This document shows, in pieces, positions 39,408 to 47,939 of a stretch of DNA of 64,000 nt (positions are counted from its first letter, which is position 1; each line of letters starts with the position of its first letter). Location: positions 40,550-104,549 of the forward strand of contig NZ_JMCB01000025.1 in NCBI RefSeq assembly GCF_000737315.1, written 5' to 3'. Below the pieces are notes generated by a model. The model was not told the DNA's origin, searched no databases, and worked only from the letters and a program-made list of their open reading frames with translations. Origin of the DNA: Hyalangium minutum (GTDB taxonomy: Bacteria > Myxococcota > Myxococcia > Myxococcales > Myxococcaceae). The position numbers were made by a program, and so were the translations under genes.

Positions 39408-40127
39408 TCAATAACCCGGAGGCAACAGTGGCGGCTGCTTCGAGTACGGCATAACCGGGCCAAACAGCTGGAACTCGTAGATGAGCTGTCCCGCATGCCG
39501 GTAAATCTCTTCCTTTGATGGTGGCTTGAGGATGTGCTGGTTGATGAACTGGGCCCATGCCGCGTTCCATGGACCCCCGTTCGCGCCTCGGTGGATGCTC
39601 CGATGCTTCTCCACCTCTAGAGGCATGACGTATTCATCAATGTCGATGTCTCGTCGAGTGAACCACTCCCGGAACATTTGAGGGAAGAGGTGGTGCTTCT
39701 CGTGAGGCTTGCGGCGTTCCTTGGCCGCCTCGTCCAGCATCTGCTGCTGGCTGGGTAACAGGGGAGGCTTGTGCCGCCAGGGGATGATGAAGACGGGCCG
39801 GGAATCCTGAGGCAGTTTCTGGGCGCTGCCCCAGAAGCGCTGGGTGGCTGCCGGTGGGCCGGGCAATGCCACGGTGCCGCCCCGGGTGCGCACCACGTGC
39901 CCAACGCTCTGGTGCGCCATCACCTCTCGGCATCGGTACAGTCCGCAGTGGGCGTCGTCGCACCATGCCACCAGGCTGTGCTCGTCTTGGCACACCTCTT
40001 CGAATGAGCCTGCTGGCCCTTCCGCTTCGGCGGCCGCGTGCTCGCTCCCAGAAGGGGGCGTCGTTGCACAAGCCACCAGTGCACAACTCAGCCAGAGCCA
40101 CAGCCACCGCCCAGAGCGTCTGCCCAT
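39408..40127 (-). CDS. sitA6: TIGR02269-family lipoprotein polymorphic toxin (SitA6-type; His-rich nuclease-like C-terminus)
   Basis: Lipobox LVAC; CGLYRC, FWG, PVFIIPW, HEKHHLFPQ...H.SIH.G..GG.WN. Confidence 0.85.
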   Translation of the reverse strand: MGRRSGRWLWLWLSCALVACATTPPSGSEHAAAEAEGPAGSFEEVCQDEHSLVAWCDDAHCGLYRCREVMAHQSVGHVVRTRGGTVALPGPPAATQRFWGSAQKLPQDSRPVFIIPWRHKPPLLPSQQQMLDEAAKERRKPHEKHHLFPQMFREWFTRRDIDIDEYVMPLEVEKHRSIHRGANGGPWNAAWAQFINQHILKPPSKEEIYRHAGQLIYEFQLFGPVMPYSKQPPLLPPGY

Positions 40128-40209
40128 AGTGACGCGAGCATAGGCTCCTCACTCACGCAGCGGCACCGCTCGCTCGAGCACTGTGAGCATGGGGCGCCAT
40201 GCCCTGGGA

Positions 40210-40698
40210 TCAGCCCGGGATGCGCGAGAGGGCTGCGTCGAACAGCACCGTCTCCAGCCGCTCCTGGTCGTACTCGGACATGCCCTGGAACGCGAACGAC
40301 AACCGGTAGTTGCCGATCTGCTTCCTCGAGGCGACCACCTTGGCCCGGCCGATGATGGGGTCCGCTCCGTCCGGCATCCTCAGCGTGTAGCCCACCATCT
40401 CGTTGTCCGCGGGCGGCTTGCCCAGCACCACCGAGAAGCCTCCCTTCGACACGTCCAGCGTCATGGCTCGTACGATGCCCACGCTCAAGCTCAGCTCGAT
40501 CTGCATCGCCTGCGCGACGCGGAACGTCTGGCGCGCCATCTCCCCCGGCTTGAGCGTCATCCCCTGCGCCGCTGTCAGCGCTCGCGCGAACTGCTCACGT
40601 GCCTGGAGGTAGAGCGGCTTCTCGTCTTCCTTCAGTTGCTTCGCCCGTGCCCGCTTGTGGAGCGCTCGGAACTCTTGGAGCCATCCATTGATGCTCAT
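40210..40698 (-). CDS. PilZ-domain protein
   Basis: RQTFRV (RxxxR) and DVSKGG (DxSxxG). Confidence 0.85.
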   Translation of the reverse strand: MSINGWLQEFRALHKRARAKQLKEDEKPLYLQAREQFARALTAAQGMTLKPGEMARQTFRVAQAMQIELSLSVGIVRAMTLDVSKGGFSVVLGKPPADNEMVGYTLRMPDGADPIIGRAKVVASRKQIGNYRLSFAFQGMSEYDQERLETVLFDAALSRIPG

Positions 40699-40888
40699 GG
40701 CTGGATGGTATGCGCCCCTTCGAGCCGAGTGCACCTTCCCGGACGTTCCACTTTGGGGCAGGTCCATTTTGGGCGCTCCATTTCGGTGCGATCGAGGCCC
40801 TCGGCCCCCCGAAGAATCTCGAATTTCTTGAAGTTCCTCCAGGCATCCGAAGTGCATGGGCAGGCCTGTCCCCTCTGCAGGAGCTGCC

Positions 40889-41158
40889 ATGCGCGTTCCC
40901 CCGTTGATCGTCCCTGACTCCAAGCCCCCTGTGTTCTGGATGAGCTTGGGAGCCACCTTGCTGGCGGGGCTCGTCATCCGCACGCTGCGTCGCAGGCACC
41001 GCCGGGCCAGCGCCTCCACCGTCAACAGCACAGGGCGGACAGTGCGGCAGTCAGCCTCGTCGAGGGCGAAGGCTCGTAGCCAGGCATTCCTGCTCGAGGC
41101 CCATGTGGCCGCGGCCCCGCGTGCATCGCGCGCTCGCTCGGCGGTGTACGAGCGATGA
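40889..41158 (+). CDS. Small hypothetical protein, one TM-like segment
   Basis: GGAG RBS; ATGA-coupled to the next ORF. Confidence 0.35.
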   Translation: MRVPPLIVPDSKPPVFWMSLGATLLAGLVIRTLRRRHRRASASTVNSTGRTVRQSASSRAKARSQAFLLEAHVAAAPRASRARSAVYER

Positions 41159-41370
41159 GCACGCACCGGGTGGAAGTGCATTACTTCGTGAAGCCCCCGG
41201 CGAACGCGAAGCGGACCGCTCGCGGCGCCTGGCCCGAGGTGATTTGGCAGAGCGAGTCCTCCCCCGAGGTGTTCCTGCGCGAGGTGGTGGACACCCTCTC
41301 GGGGTTCCTGCGGAAGGACGCCGAGTCACGGGCGGTGAAAACAGGGGAGACGCTTCCGGATTGCCAGTGA
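41155..41370 (+). CDS. Small hypothetical protein (71 aa)
   Basis: Strong GC3 bias; ATGA overlap upstream and GTGA overlap with the in-frame upstream extension of the next gene. Confidence 0.45.
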   Translation: MSTHRVEVHYFVKPPANAKRTARGAWPEVIWQSESSPEVFLREVVDTLSGFLRKDAESRAVKTGETLPDCQ

Positions 41371-41408
41371 TATTCGGCTCCGTGCGGCTTGGCCGCGCGG
41401 AGGACCGG

Positions 41409-42728
41409 ATGCCGAAGTCACTGCCGAAGACGAAGCGGACGAAGGACAACGTGCTCGCGGAGCTGCGGGGGCTGCGCTCCGCGGACGCGCAGTGGAAGGA
41501 AGGCCGCACGTTCAGTCTCGTTTACTACGTGGATGACGAACACTCCCGGTTGCTCAAGGAGGCCTACGGCGAGTTCATGGCCGAGAACGGCCTGTCACCC
41601 CTGGCCTTCCCCTCGCTGCGCCGCATGGAGGCCGAGGTGGTCTCCATGGCCGCCGGGCTCTTCCACGGCGATGACGACGTGGCCGGCACGATGACCACGG
41701 GTGGCACCGAGAGCATCATGATGGCGGTGAAGACCGCCCGCGAGTGGGCCCGCAAGGAGAAGGGCATCGCCCGGCCGGAGATCATCGCTCCCCTCACGGT
41801 CCACCCGGCCTTCGAGAAGGCCGCGCACTACTTCGACGTGGAGATCCGCCACGCGGCCCCGGGGCCGGACTTCCGGGTGGACGTGCGCGAGGTGGAGCGG
41901 CTCATCACCCCGAACACGGCACTCATCGTCGGCAGCGCGCCGCCGTATCCGCATGGCGTGGTGGACCCCATCACCGAGCTGGCCGCGCTGGCGCAGTCAC
42001 GGGGGCTGCTGTGCCACGTGGACGCATGCCTGGGTGGCTTTTTTCTCCCGTTCGCCAAGCAGCTCGGCCGTGACATTCCCCCGTTTGATTTCGAGGTGCC
42101 GGGCGTCACGTCGCTGTCCGCGGACCTTCACAAGTACGGCTACGCGGCGAAGGGGGCCTCCGTGGTGCTGTACCGGAACCGCGAGCTGCGGCGGCACCAG
42201 TTCTTCACGTACTCGGAGTGGCCCGGAGGGCTGTACATCTCGCCCTCCATGACGGGCACGCGGCCCGGTGGCGCCATTGCCGCAGCGTGGGCGGTGATGC
42301 ACTACCTGGGCGAGGAGGGCTACCTCGACCACGCGCGCCGCATCCTCGCCACTACGGACAAGCTCCTCGCGGGCATCCGTGCCATTCCTGGCCTGCGCGT
42401 GCTCGGCGCGCCGCATGCGGGGGTGTTCGCGTTCACCTCGGACTCGGTCAACGTGTACGAGCTGGGCGACGCGATGGAGGGTCGCGGCTGGAAGCTGGAC
42501 CGGCAGCAGAACCCTCCCGCCCTGCACTGCATGATCACCCCCGCGCATGAGCGCGTCGCGGACACGCTGCTGGCGGACCTGCGCGAGTGCGCCTCGAAGC
42601 TTGCGGCGGGCGAGCCCGCGCCCGAGGGCAGCGCGGCGATGTATGGCATGGTTGGCGCCATCCCGGATCGCCAGCAGGTGGACGGCTTCCTCTTGGACTT
42701 CCTCGACGGGGTGTTCGATCGCGGGTGA
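41409..42728 (+). CDS. PLP-dependent enzyme, sphingosine-1-phosphate lyase-like
   Basis: FPSLRRMEAEVV, TTGGTESI.MA, HPAFEKAA, GSAP.YPHG..DP, HVDACLGGF, SADLHKYG. Confidence 0.88.
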   Translation: MPKSLPKTKRTKDNVLAELRGLRSADAQWKEGRTFSLVYYVDDEHSRLLKEAYGEFMAENGLSPLAFPSLRRMEAEVVSMAAGLFHGDDDVAGTMTTGGTESIMMAVKTAREWARKEKGIARPEIIAPLTVHPAFEKAAHYFDVEIRHAAPGPDFRVDVREVERLITPNTALIVGSAPPYPHGVVDPITELAALAQSRGLLCHVDACLGGFFLPFAKQLGRDIPPFDFEVPGVTSLSADLHKYGYAAKGASVVLYRNRELRRHQFFTYSEWPGGLYISPSMTGTRPGGAIAAAWAVMHYLGEEGYLDHARRILATTDKLLAGIRAIPGLRVLGAPHAGVFAFTSDSVNVYELGDAMEGRGWKLDRQQNPPALHCMITPAHERVADTLLADLRECASKLAAGEPAPEGSAAMYGMVGAIPDRQQVDGFLLDFLDGVFDRG

Positions 42729-42739
42729 GGAGCGCGCTG

Positions 42740-43879
42740 ATGACGGTCATCCAGGTGCTGTTCTGCATCCTCTTCCCGGCGGCGGCCATCTGGGCAGGCG
42801 AGCGCTTCCGGGCGGCGAAGTTCCTCGGGCCGGTGACGCTCTGCTACGTGGCGGGCGTCCTGGTGGCGAACCTCCCGGGGGTGCGGCTGGCCGAGGGCGC
42901 CTCCATGCGCGTGAGCGAGGTGGCGGTGCCGCTGGCCATCCCCCTGCTGCTCTTCTCCTCGGACGTGCGCCAGTGGCCGAGGCTCGCGCGCTCACTGCTC
43001 ATCTCGTTTGCGCTGGCGTGTGTCGCGGCGGTGGTGGCTGCGGGATTCATCGGCTGGTTCTTCCGAGGTGAGACGGACGAGTGGTGGAAGATCGCCGGCA
43101 TGCTCGTGGGTGTGTACGTGGGCGGGACGGTCAACATGGCCGCCATCGGCGGGGTGCTGGAGACGAAGAGCGAGACCTTCGTTCTGCTCAACACGGCGGA
43201 CCTGGCCGCGGGCGGCCTCTACCTCATCTTCCTGCTCACCTTTGCGCAGCGGCTGTTGCTGCGCTTCATGCCGCCCTTCACCGCCGCCCCGCACCCCGAG
43301 CCCTTCGAGCACCCAGGCGAGGGGCTCGGCACGTGGACCCGGCACCACCTCCGCGACATGGGGCTGGGCTTCGGGCTCGCGGTGGCCATCGCGGCGGTGG
43401 CGGTTGGCGGGACGCTGCTCGCGTTCGGAAAGCTGGAGGCCAGCCCCGCGCTGCTGGGCATCACCAGCCTGGGCATCGCCGCCTCGCTCTTTCCTCGCGT
43501 GCGCCGGCTCCAGGGCGCCTACGAGCTGGGCGAGTACCTGCTGCTCATCTTCTGCGTGGCCATGGGCTCGCTGGCCGACTTGAGGATGCTCAGCGGAGGC
43601 AGCGTGACGCTGTTCGTCTACGTGTGGGCGGTGATGGGGCTGGCCATCGTCCTCCATGTCACCGCCTCTGCGCTGCTGCGTATCGATGCGGACAGCACCC
43701 TCATCTGCTCCACCGCCACCATCTATGGACCCGCGCAGATCGGCCCTGTTGCGGCGGCCATGAAAAATCGAGCCCTCGTCGGCCCCGGGTTGACCCTGGG
43801 GCTCGCAGGGATTGCCCTGGGCAATTACCTGGGGTTGCTGACGGCCTGGGGCCTGCGCTGGCTCGCGGGTGGGGGCTGA
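42740..43879 (+). CDS. DUF819-family membrane protein
   Basis: Multi-TM; YVGGTVNMAA, IGPVAAA, LGNYLG. Confidence 0.8.
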   Translation: MTVIQVLFCILFPAAAIWAGERFRAAKFLGPVTLCYVAGVLVANLPGVRLAEGASMRVSEVAVPLAIPLLLFSSDVRQWPRLARSLLISFALACVAAVVAAGFIGWFFRGETDEWWKIAGMLVGVYVGGTVNMAAIGGVLETKSETFVLLNTADLAAGGLYLIFLLTFAQRLLLRFMPPFTAAPHPEPFEHPGEGLGTWTRHHLRDMGLGFGLAVAIAAVAVGGTLLAFGKLEASPALLGITSLGIAASLFPRVRRLQGAYELGEYLLLIFCVAMGSLADLRMLSGGSVTLFVYVWAVMGLAIVLHVTASALLRIDADSTLICSTATIYGPAQIGPVAAAMKNRALVGPGLTLGLAGIALGNYLGLLTAWGLRWLAGGG

Positions 43880-43922
43880 TCCGCGCTCTTTCCGCAACTT
43901 TGAGAATCAGGGCCCGATAACC

Positions 43923-43944
43923 CGTGTAAGTCACTTCTTACACG
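43923..43944. promoter_or_regulatory. Perfect inverted repeat (putative operator) abutting an RBS
   Basis: CGTGTAAG-N6-CTTACACG, 11 bp before the ATG at 43956. Confidence 0.5.
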
Positions 43945-43955
43945 AGGGTGTTGCC

Positions 43956-44654
43956 ATGGTTGCTCCTATCTCTTCGAACCGGACCGCGGCGCTGACGGCC
44001 GCCTCCCGTACGACGATGCCCACCGTGCGTGAGGGCTCCAATGGCCCCGCGGTACGCGAGCTGCAGACGCTGCTGAAGTCCAAGGGCTTCAACCCCGGCC
44101 CCGTGGACGGCGCCTTCGGGCCCAAGACGAAGGCGGCGGTGCTGGCCTTCCAGCGCGCGCAGGGCATCTCCGTGGACGGCGTGGTGGGCCCCCAGACGTG
44201 GGGCAAGCTGAAGGGCGCGGGCGGCCCTGCTCCTTCGCCGAACCCCACCCCGGGCCCCGCGGCCAAGGGCACCGCCGAGGACTTCGTGCAGAAGGCCCTG
44301 GCGCAGCGCGGCGACCGCTACGTGTTCGGCGCGGAGACCAACCTGAACGACAAGAACCCGGACACGTTCGACTGCTCGGAGCTGGTGCAGTGGGCGGCGC
44401 ACCAGGCGGGCGTGACCGTGCCGGACGGGACGATGAACCAGGTGCCGTTCTTCCGGCAGAAGGGCACGGAGGTCTCCGTGGATCAGGCGCTGAAGACGCG
44501 CGGGGCGCTGCTCTTCCGGCCGGGCCACGTGGCCATCAGCCTGGGCGACGGGCGCACCATCGAGGCGCGCGGCTCGGCCTATGGCGTGAACATCTTCAGC
44601 GCGCAGGGCCGCGGCTGGACGTCCGGCGCCCTCATCCCCGGGCTGAAGTACTGA
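43956..44654 (+). CDS. Peptidoglycan-binding domain + NlpC/P60 hydrolase
   Basis: VRELQ.LL...GF.PG.VDG.FG..T..AV..FQR..G..VDG.VG..TW; FDCSELVQW, GHVAI. Confidence 0.9.
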   Translation: MVAPISSNRTAALTAASRTTMPTVREGSNGPAVRELQTLLKSKGFNPGPVDGAFGPKTKAAVLAFQRAQGISVDGVVGPQTWGKLKGAGGPAPSPNPTPGPAAKGTAEDFVQKALAQRGDRYVFGAETNLNDKNPDTFDCSELVQWAAHQAGVTVPDGTMNQVPFFRQKGTEVSVDQALKTRGALLFRPGHVAISLGDGRTIEARGSAYGVNIFSAQGRGWTSGALIPGLKY

Positions 44655-44724
44655 GCTGTCTGCTTCCACCGAGATGAACCCGGGGGCTCGGCGCCGCGTA
44701 GCGCTGGGCCCCTGCTGCTTTCCG

Positions 44725-45306
44725 CTAATGTACCGGCGGCTTCGGGAAGAGCCAGGACGACAGCCGCCGGGCGAGCACCGGCATCAACGCATACGTCGTC
44801 AGGTACACCAGGAGCAGCCCGGCGAGGAGCGCGGCGATCAGCTCGGGCAATCCCTGCAGCAACTGCCTCAGGGGCGGCACGGTGAGGATGAGCAGCGGGT
44901 AGAGGCAGAGCACCGTCACCAACGTCATCCTGTGGAGCACGGGAGGCATCGCCCGGAGCCCGGGCGGGCGGAACCAGTACTCGAGCCCGGTGACGCGGCG
45001 GACGACCGGCGCTCCGGCGGCATAGGGCTCGGCGCGCCTCAGCCAGTCGGCGCGGACAGGAGATTCGTCCCAGGCGCGCAAGTGCGCGTACGTCTCGAAG
45101 CGGAAGACGAGCACATAGTCCCCGGTGGCGGTATTCGGCGGACGGATGACGTCGACGCCCAGGTGGCCGGGGAAGAGCACGGCATCGGCGGTGACGCCCT
45201 GGAGCCACTCCTCGAACCACGCCTCGGTGCCGGGCTTCATGCGCCGGCTGATGATGACGGTGACGGGGCCCTCGGAGTCCGAGGGCTCGGTGGCGGACGC
45301 GCTCAT
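44725..45306 (-). CDS. Antibiotic biosynthesis monooxygenase (ABM)-like domain with C-terminal TM helices
   Basis: FPGHLG, VFRF.....L..W..S..R..W, TGLEYWF. Confidence 0.8.
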   Translation of the reverse strand: MSASATEPSDSEGPVTVIISRRMKPGTEAWFEEWLQGVTADAVLFPGHLGVDVIRPPNTATGDYVLVFRFETYAHLRAWDESPVRADWLRRAEPYAAGAPVVRRVTGLEYWFRPPGLRAMPPVLHRMTLVTVLCLYPLLILTVPPLRQLLQGLPELIAALLAGLLLVYLTTYALMPVLARRLSSWLFPKPPVH

Positions 45307-45316
45307 CGGGGCCATT

Positions 45317-46975
45317 CTACTCGCGCGTGACGGCGCGCAAGATGATCTCTCGGCGCTGGTCCAGCAGGCGCAGGGCGAGCGGCAGGAGGGCCCGGTACAG
45401 CACGGCGTAGAGCCCGGCGCACAGGGCAATCATTGCCGCGGTCTGGAGGGTAGGCCCCTCCTTGCCTGCCAGCTTCAGCGCCCAGCCGAACGGCATGCAC
45501 CCGGCGCAGGCCGCGAGGATGCCGAGCATGGAGGCGGTGAGGGGCAGCTTGTCGCGGCGCTTGAGGCTGGCGTGGAACTTCACCGGGAAGTACAGGGACA
45601 GGAAGTTGCCGGCGGCGAGCAGCACGGGCACCACGGCAGCCACGGAGGCCATGGCGCACAGGAAGTCCACCCACGTGCCGAAGCCGAAGTAGACCCGGTA
45701 GAAGAGGCCCACCAGCAGCGCCATGCCCAGGCCGGCCACGCCCTGCACCAGGTTCTTGGCGCGCAGCACGTCCGCCAGCTCCATGGGCGCGGCCAGGAAG
45801 ATGGCGAAGCCCTGCCCGTCATAGGCGAAGGTGTTCTGCGAGAACGTGGAGGCGATGACGACGGCGCCGTACACGGCCAGCCCGCCCATCAGCGACACAT
45901 CCGCGGACTGCCCGAACAGGTAGACGAACAAGTCCCGCCCGGACAGCAGCTTCAGGAGGATGGCGAGGATGAAGGGCACGGAGGTGAGCAGCCGGGCGCG
46001 CGGGTTGCGCCACAAGTCCAACACCTCGCGGGCGAGCAGCGTGCGGAACCGGGTGGGCGTGCGGGCGAACGGATCGCGGTCCCCGGACTCCTTCATGGCA
46101 GGGCCCGCGCGCCCCGCTTGGCGGTGGAAGCGCAGCAGCAGCACGTAGGCCACGCCCATGCCGATGAGGACGAAGAGCCCCAGCCCGAAAGACTCCATGA
46201 GGGCCAGGCGCAGACGCCCGTAGGCGAGCTGTCCCAGCGAGTCCCCGAAGAATCCCGGAGGCACGCGGCCGAGCGCGATGGCCGCGTTGATGATGATGCT
46301 CATGTCCAGCGCGCCCACGCCGGCCTCACCCACGGCGGTGAGCCACGAGGTGTCCACCGGGGGGATGAAGGACGCGGCGAAGAGGAAGGCGAACAGGCCG
46401 CCACCGATGATCTCCGCGCTGCGCTTCTCCCTCAGCACGTTGATGACGGCGTGCAGGGCCACGCGGCTCCAGGCGGCGCAGAGAAGGGCGAAGAGGATGT
46501 AGTTGACCACGGCAACCCAGGGCGCTCGGAGCGGGTACACCGAGGCGTAGCCCAGAGCGGCGCCGGTGAGGGGCGCGTAGAAGACGAGGGCACGCGGCTC
46601 GAAGAGGCTGGCCACGGTGGAGGAGATGAGCAGCCGGAAAGGCGAGATGGGGAAGGGCGCGTAGCGGCTCAGCTCCGAGTGGTCATCCACGCCCGCGGAG
46701 AGCAGCGGCCAGGTGACCCACACGGCGGCGGTGACGAAGCACAGCAGGTTGAGGATGAAGTAGGGCCACACGTTGCTCTCGGCCACGGGAGGCAGCCGCA
46801 TGAGCCCGAAGAAGAGGAGGCCGAAGAAGAGCGCCGGGGCGCTGGAGGCGAGGAAGGTGGCGATCGCCAGCACCTTGCTGGGGCGCCCGGAGCCGCGGTT
46901 GAGGCCAATCTTCAGGCGCAGGCCCCACAGCAGCCACAGGTGGCGCAGGAAGCCAGGGGCGGGAGGCGGGCTCAC
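45317..46975 (-). CDS. ABC-2 type exporter permease
   Basis: Multi-TM; coupled by a 4-nt overlap to the ABC ATPase. Confidence 0.75.
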   Translation of the reverse strand: MSPPPAPGFLRHLWLLWGLRLKIGLNRGSGRPSKVLAIATFLASSAPALFFGLLFFGLMRLPPVAESNVWPYFILNLLCFVTAAVWVTWPLLSAGVDDHSELSRYAPFPISPFRLLISSTVASLFEPRALVFYAPLTGAALGYASVYPLRAPWVAVVNYILFALLCAAWSRVALHAVINVLREKRSAEIIGGGLFAFLFAASFIPPVDTSWLTAVGEAGVGALDMSIIINAAIALGRVPPGFFGDSLGQLAYGRLRLALMESFGLGLFVLIGMGVAYVLLLRFHRQAGRAGPAMKESGDRDPFARTPTRFRTLLAREVLDLWRNPRARLLTSVPFILAILLKLLSGRDLFVYLFGQSADVSLMGGLAVYGAVVIASTFSQNTFAYDGQGFAIFLAAPMELADVLRAKNLVQGVAGLGMALLVGLFYRVYFGFGTWVDFLCAMASVAAVVPVLLAAGNFLSLYFPVKFHASLKRRDKLPLTASMLGILAACAGCMPFGWALKLAGKEGPTLQTAAMIALCAGLYAVLYRALLPLALRLLDQRREIILRAVTRE

Positions 46976-47790
46976 GCGGACTCCCGGCGCAGGGACACCG
47001 CGGAGGCGGGGAGCTCTCCATAGAAGGAGAGGGCGGCGTTGCGCGCGGCGGGCACGGAGATGAGCTTCTCGAAGACGGCTTCGAGCGAAGACACGTCATA
47101 GCGCTGGATGAGCTCCGGCACGGTGCCCTGATCCAGCATGCGGCCGCCGCGAATGATGCCGGCGTGGGTGGCCAGGCGCTCGGCGATCTCCAGCACGTGC
47201 GTGGTGAGCAGCAGGGTGACGCCCCGGCGGCTCAGCTCGCGCAGCAGCTCGCGGATGACGCCGGCGGCCAGCACGTCGATGCCCTCGAAGGGCTCGTCCA
47301 GGAAGACGAGCTCGGGGGCGTGGATGAGCGCCGCGGCGATGGCCAGGCGGCGGCGCATGCCCTTGGAGTACTCGGCCACGAGCGCGCCCGCCTTGTAGGT
47401 GAGCTCGGTGAGCTCCAGCAGCTCGGCGGCGCGGGCGGCGGCCTCGTCTCCGGACAGGCCATACATGCGGCCGCAGAAGGTGAGGTACTGACGGCCGGTG
47501 AGGCGCTCGAAGAGACTGAGCTCCTCGGGGACCATGCCGATCCGCCGCTTCACCTCCATGGGCTGCTTCACGGCGTCCATGCCCAGCAGCTGGATGGTGC
47601 CGGCATCCGGGCCGTACACGCCGGTGAGGATGGTCAGCGAGGTGGACTTCCCCGCGCCGTTGGGGCCCAGGTAGGCGTAGAAGGCACCCCGGGGGATCTG
47701 GAGATCCAGCCCGTTGAGCGCGGTGAAGTTGCCGAAGCGTTTGACGAGCCCACGGGCGTCAACGGCCAGATCGGTGGGGGAGTGCGACAT
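46972..47790 (-). CDS. ABC transporter ATP-binding protein
   Basis: GPNGAGKS, YSKGM signature, FLDEPFEG, TTH. Confidence 0.93.
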   Translation of the reverse strand: MSHSPTDLAVDARGLVKRFGNFTALNGLDLQIPRGAFYAYLGPNGAGKSTSLTILTGVYGPDAGTIQLLGMDAVKQPMEVKRRIGMVPEELSLFERLTGRQYLTFCGRMYGLSGDEAAARAAELLELTELTYKAGALVAEYSKGMRRRLAIAAALIHAPELVFLDEPFEGIDVLAAGVIRELLRELSRRGVTLLLTTHVLEIAERLATHAGIIRGGRMLDQGTVPELIQRYDVSSLEAVFEKLISVPAARNAALSFYGELPASAVSLRRESA

Positions 47791-47939
47791 GTGAGGCGAA
47801 GTCTCGGTCCTCCGGGCCTTCCCCGACAATCCCCCCGACAGAGCGAGCAAGCACGGTTGGTTGGTGTAAGCTGGTGTGGGATGGAGCATCTGCTAGCTTC
47901 GCCGGAGCCTTCCCCCGTAGGGGCGAGAAAGAGACGGCC

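Noticed and set aside
40699-41181. Upstream extension of the PilZ ORF (323 aa in the track)
   Set aside because: Crosses an intergenic-like region with regulatory repeats and overlaps plus-strand ORFs; start placed at 40698
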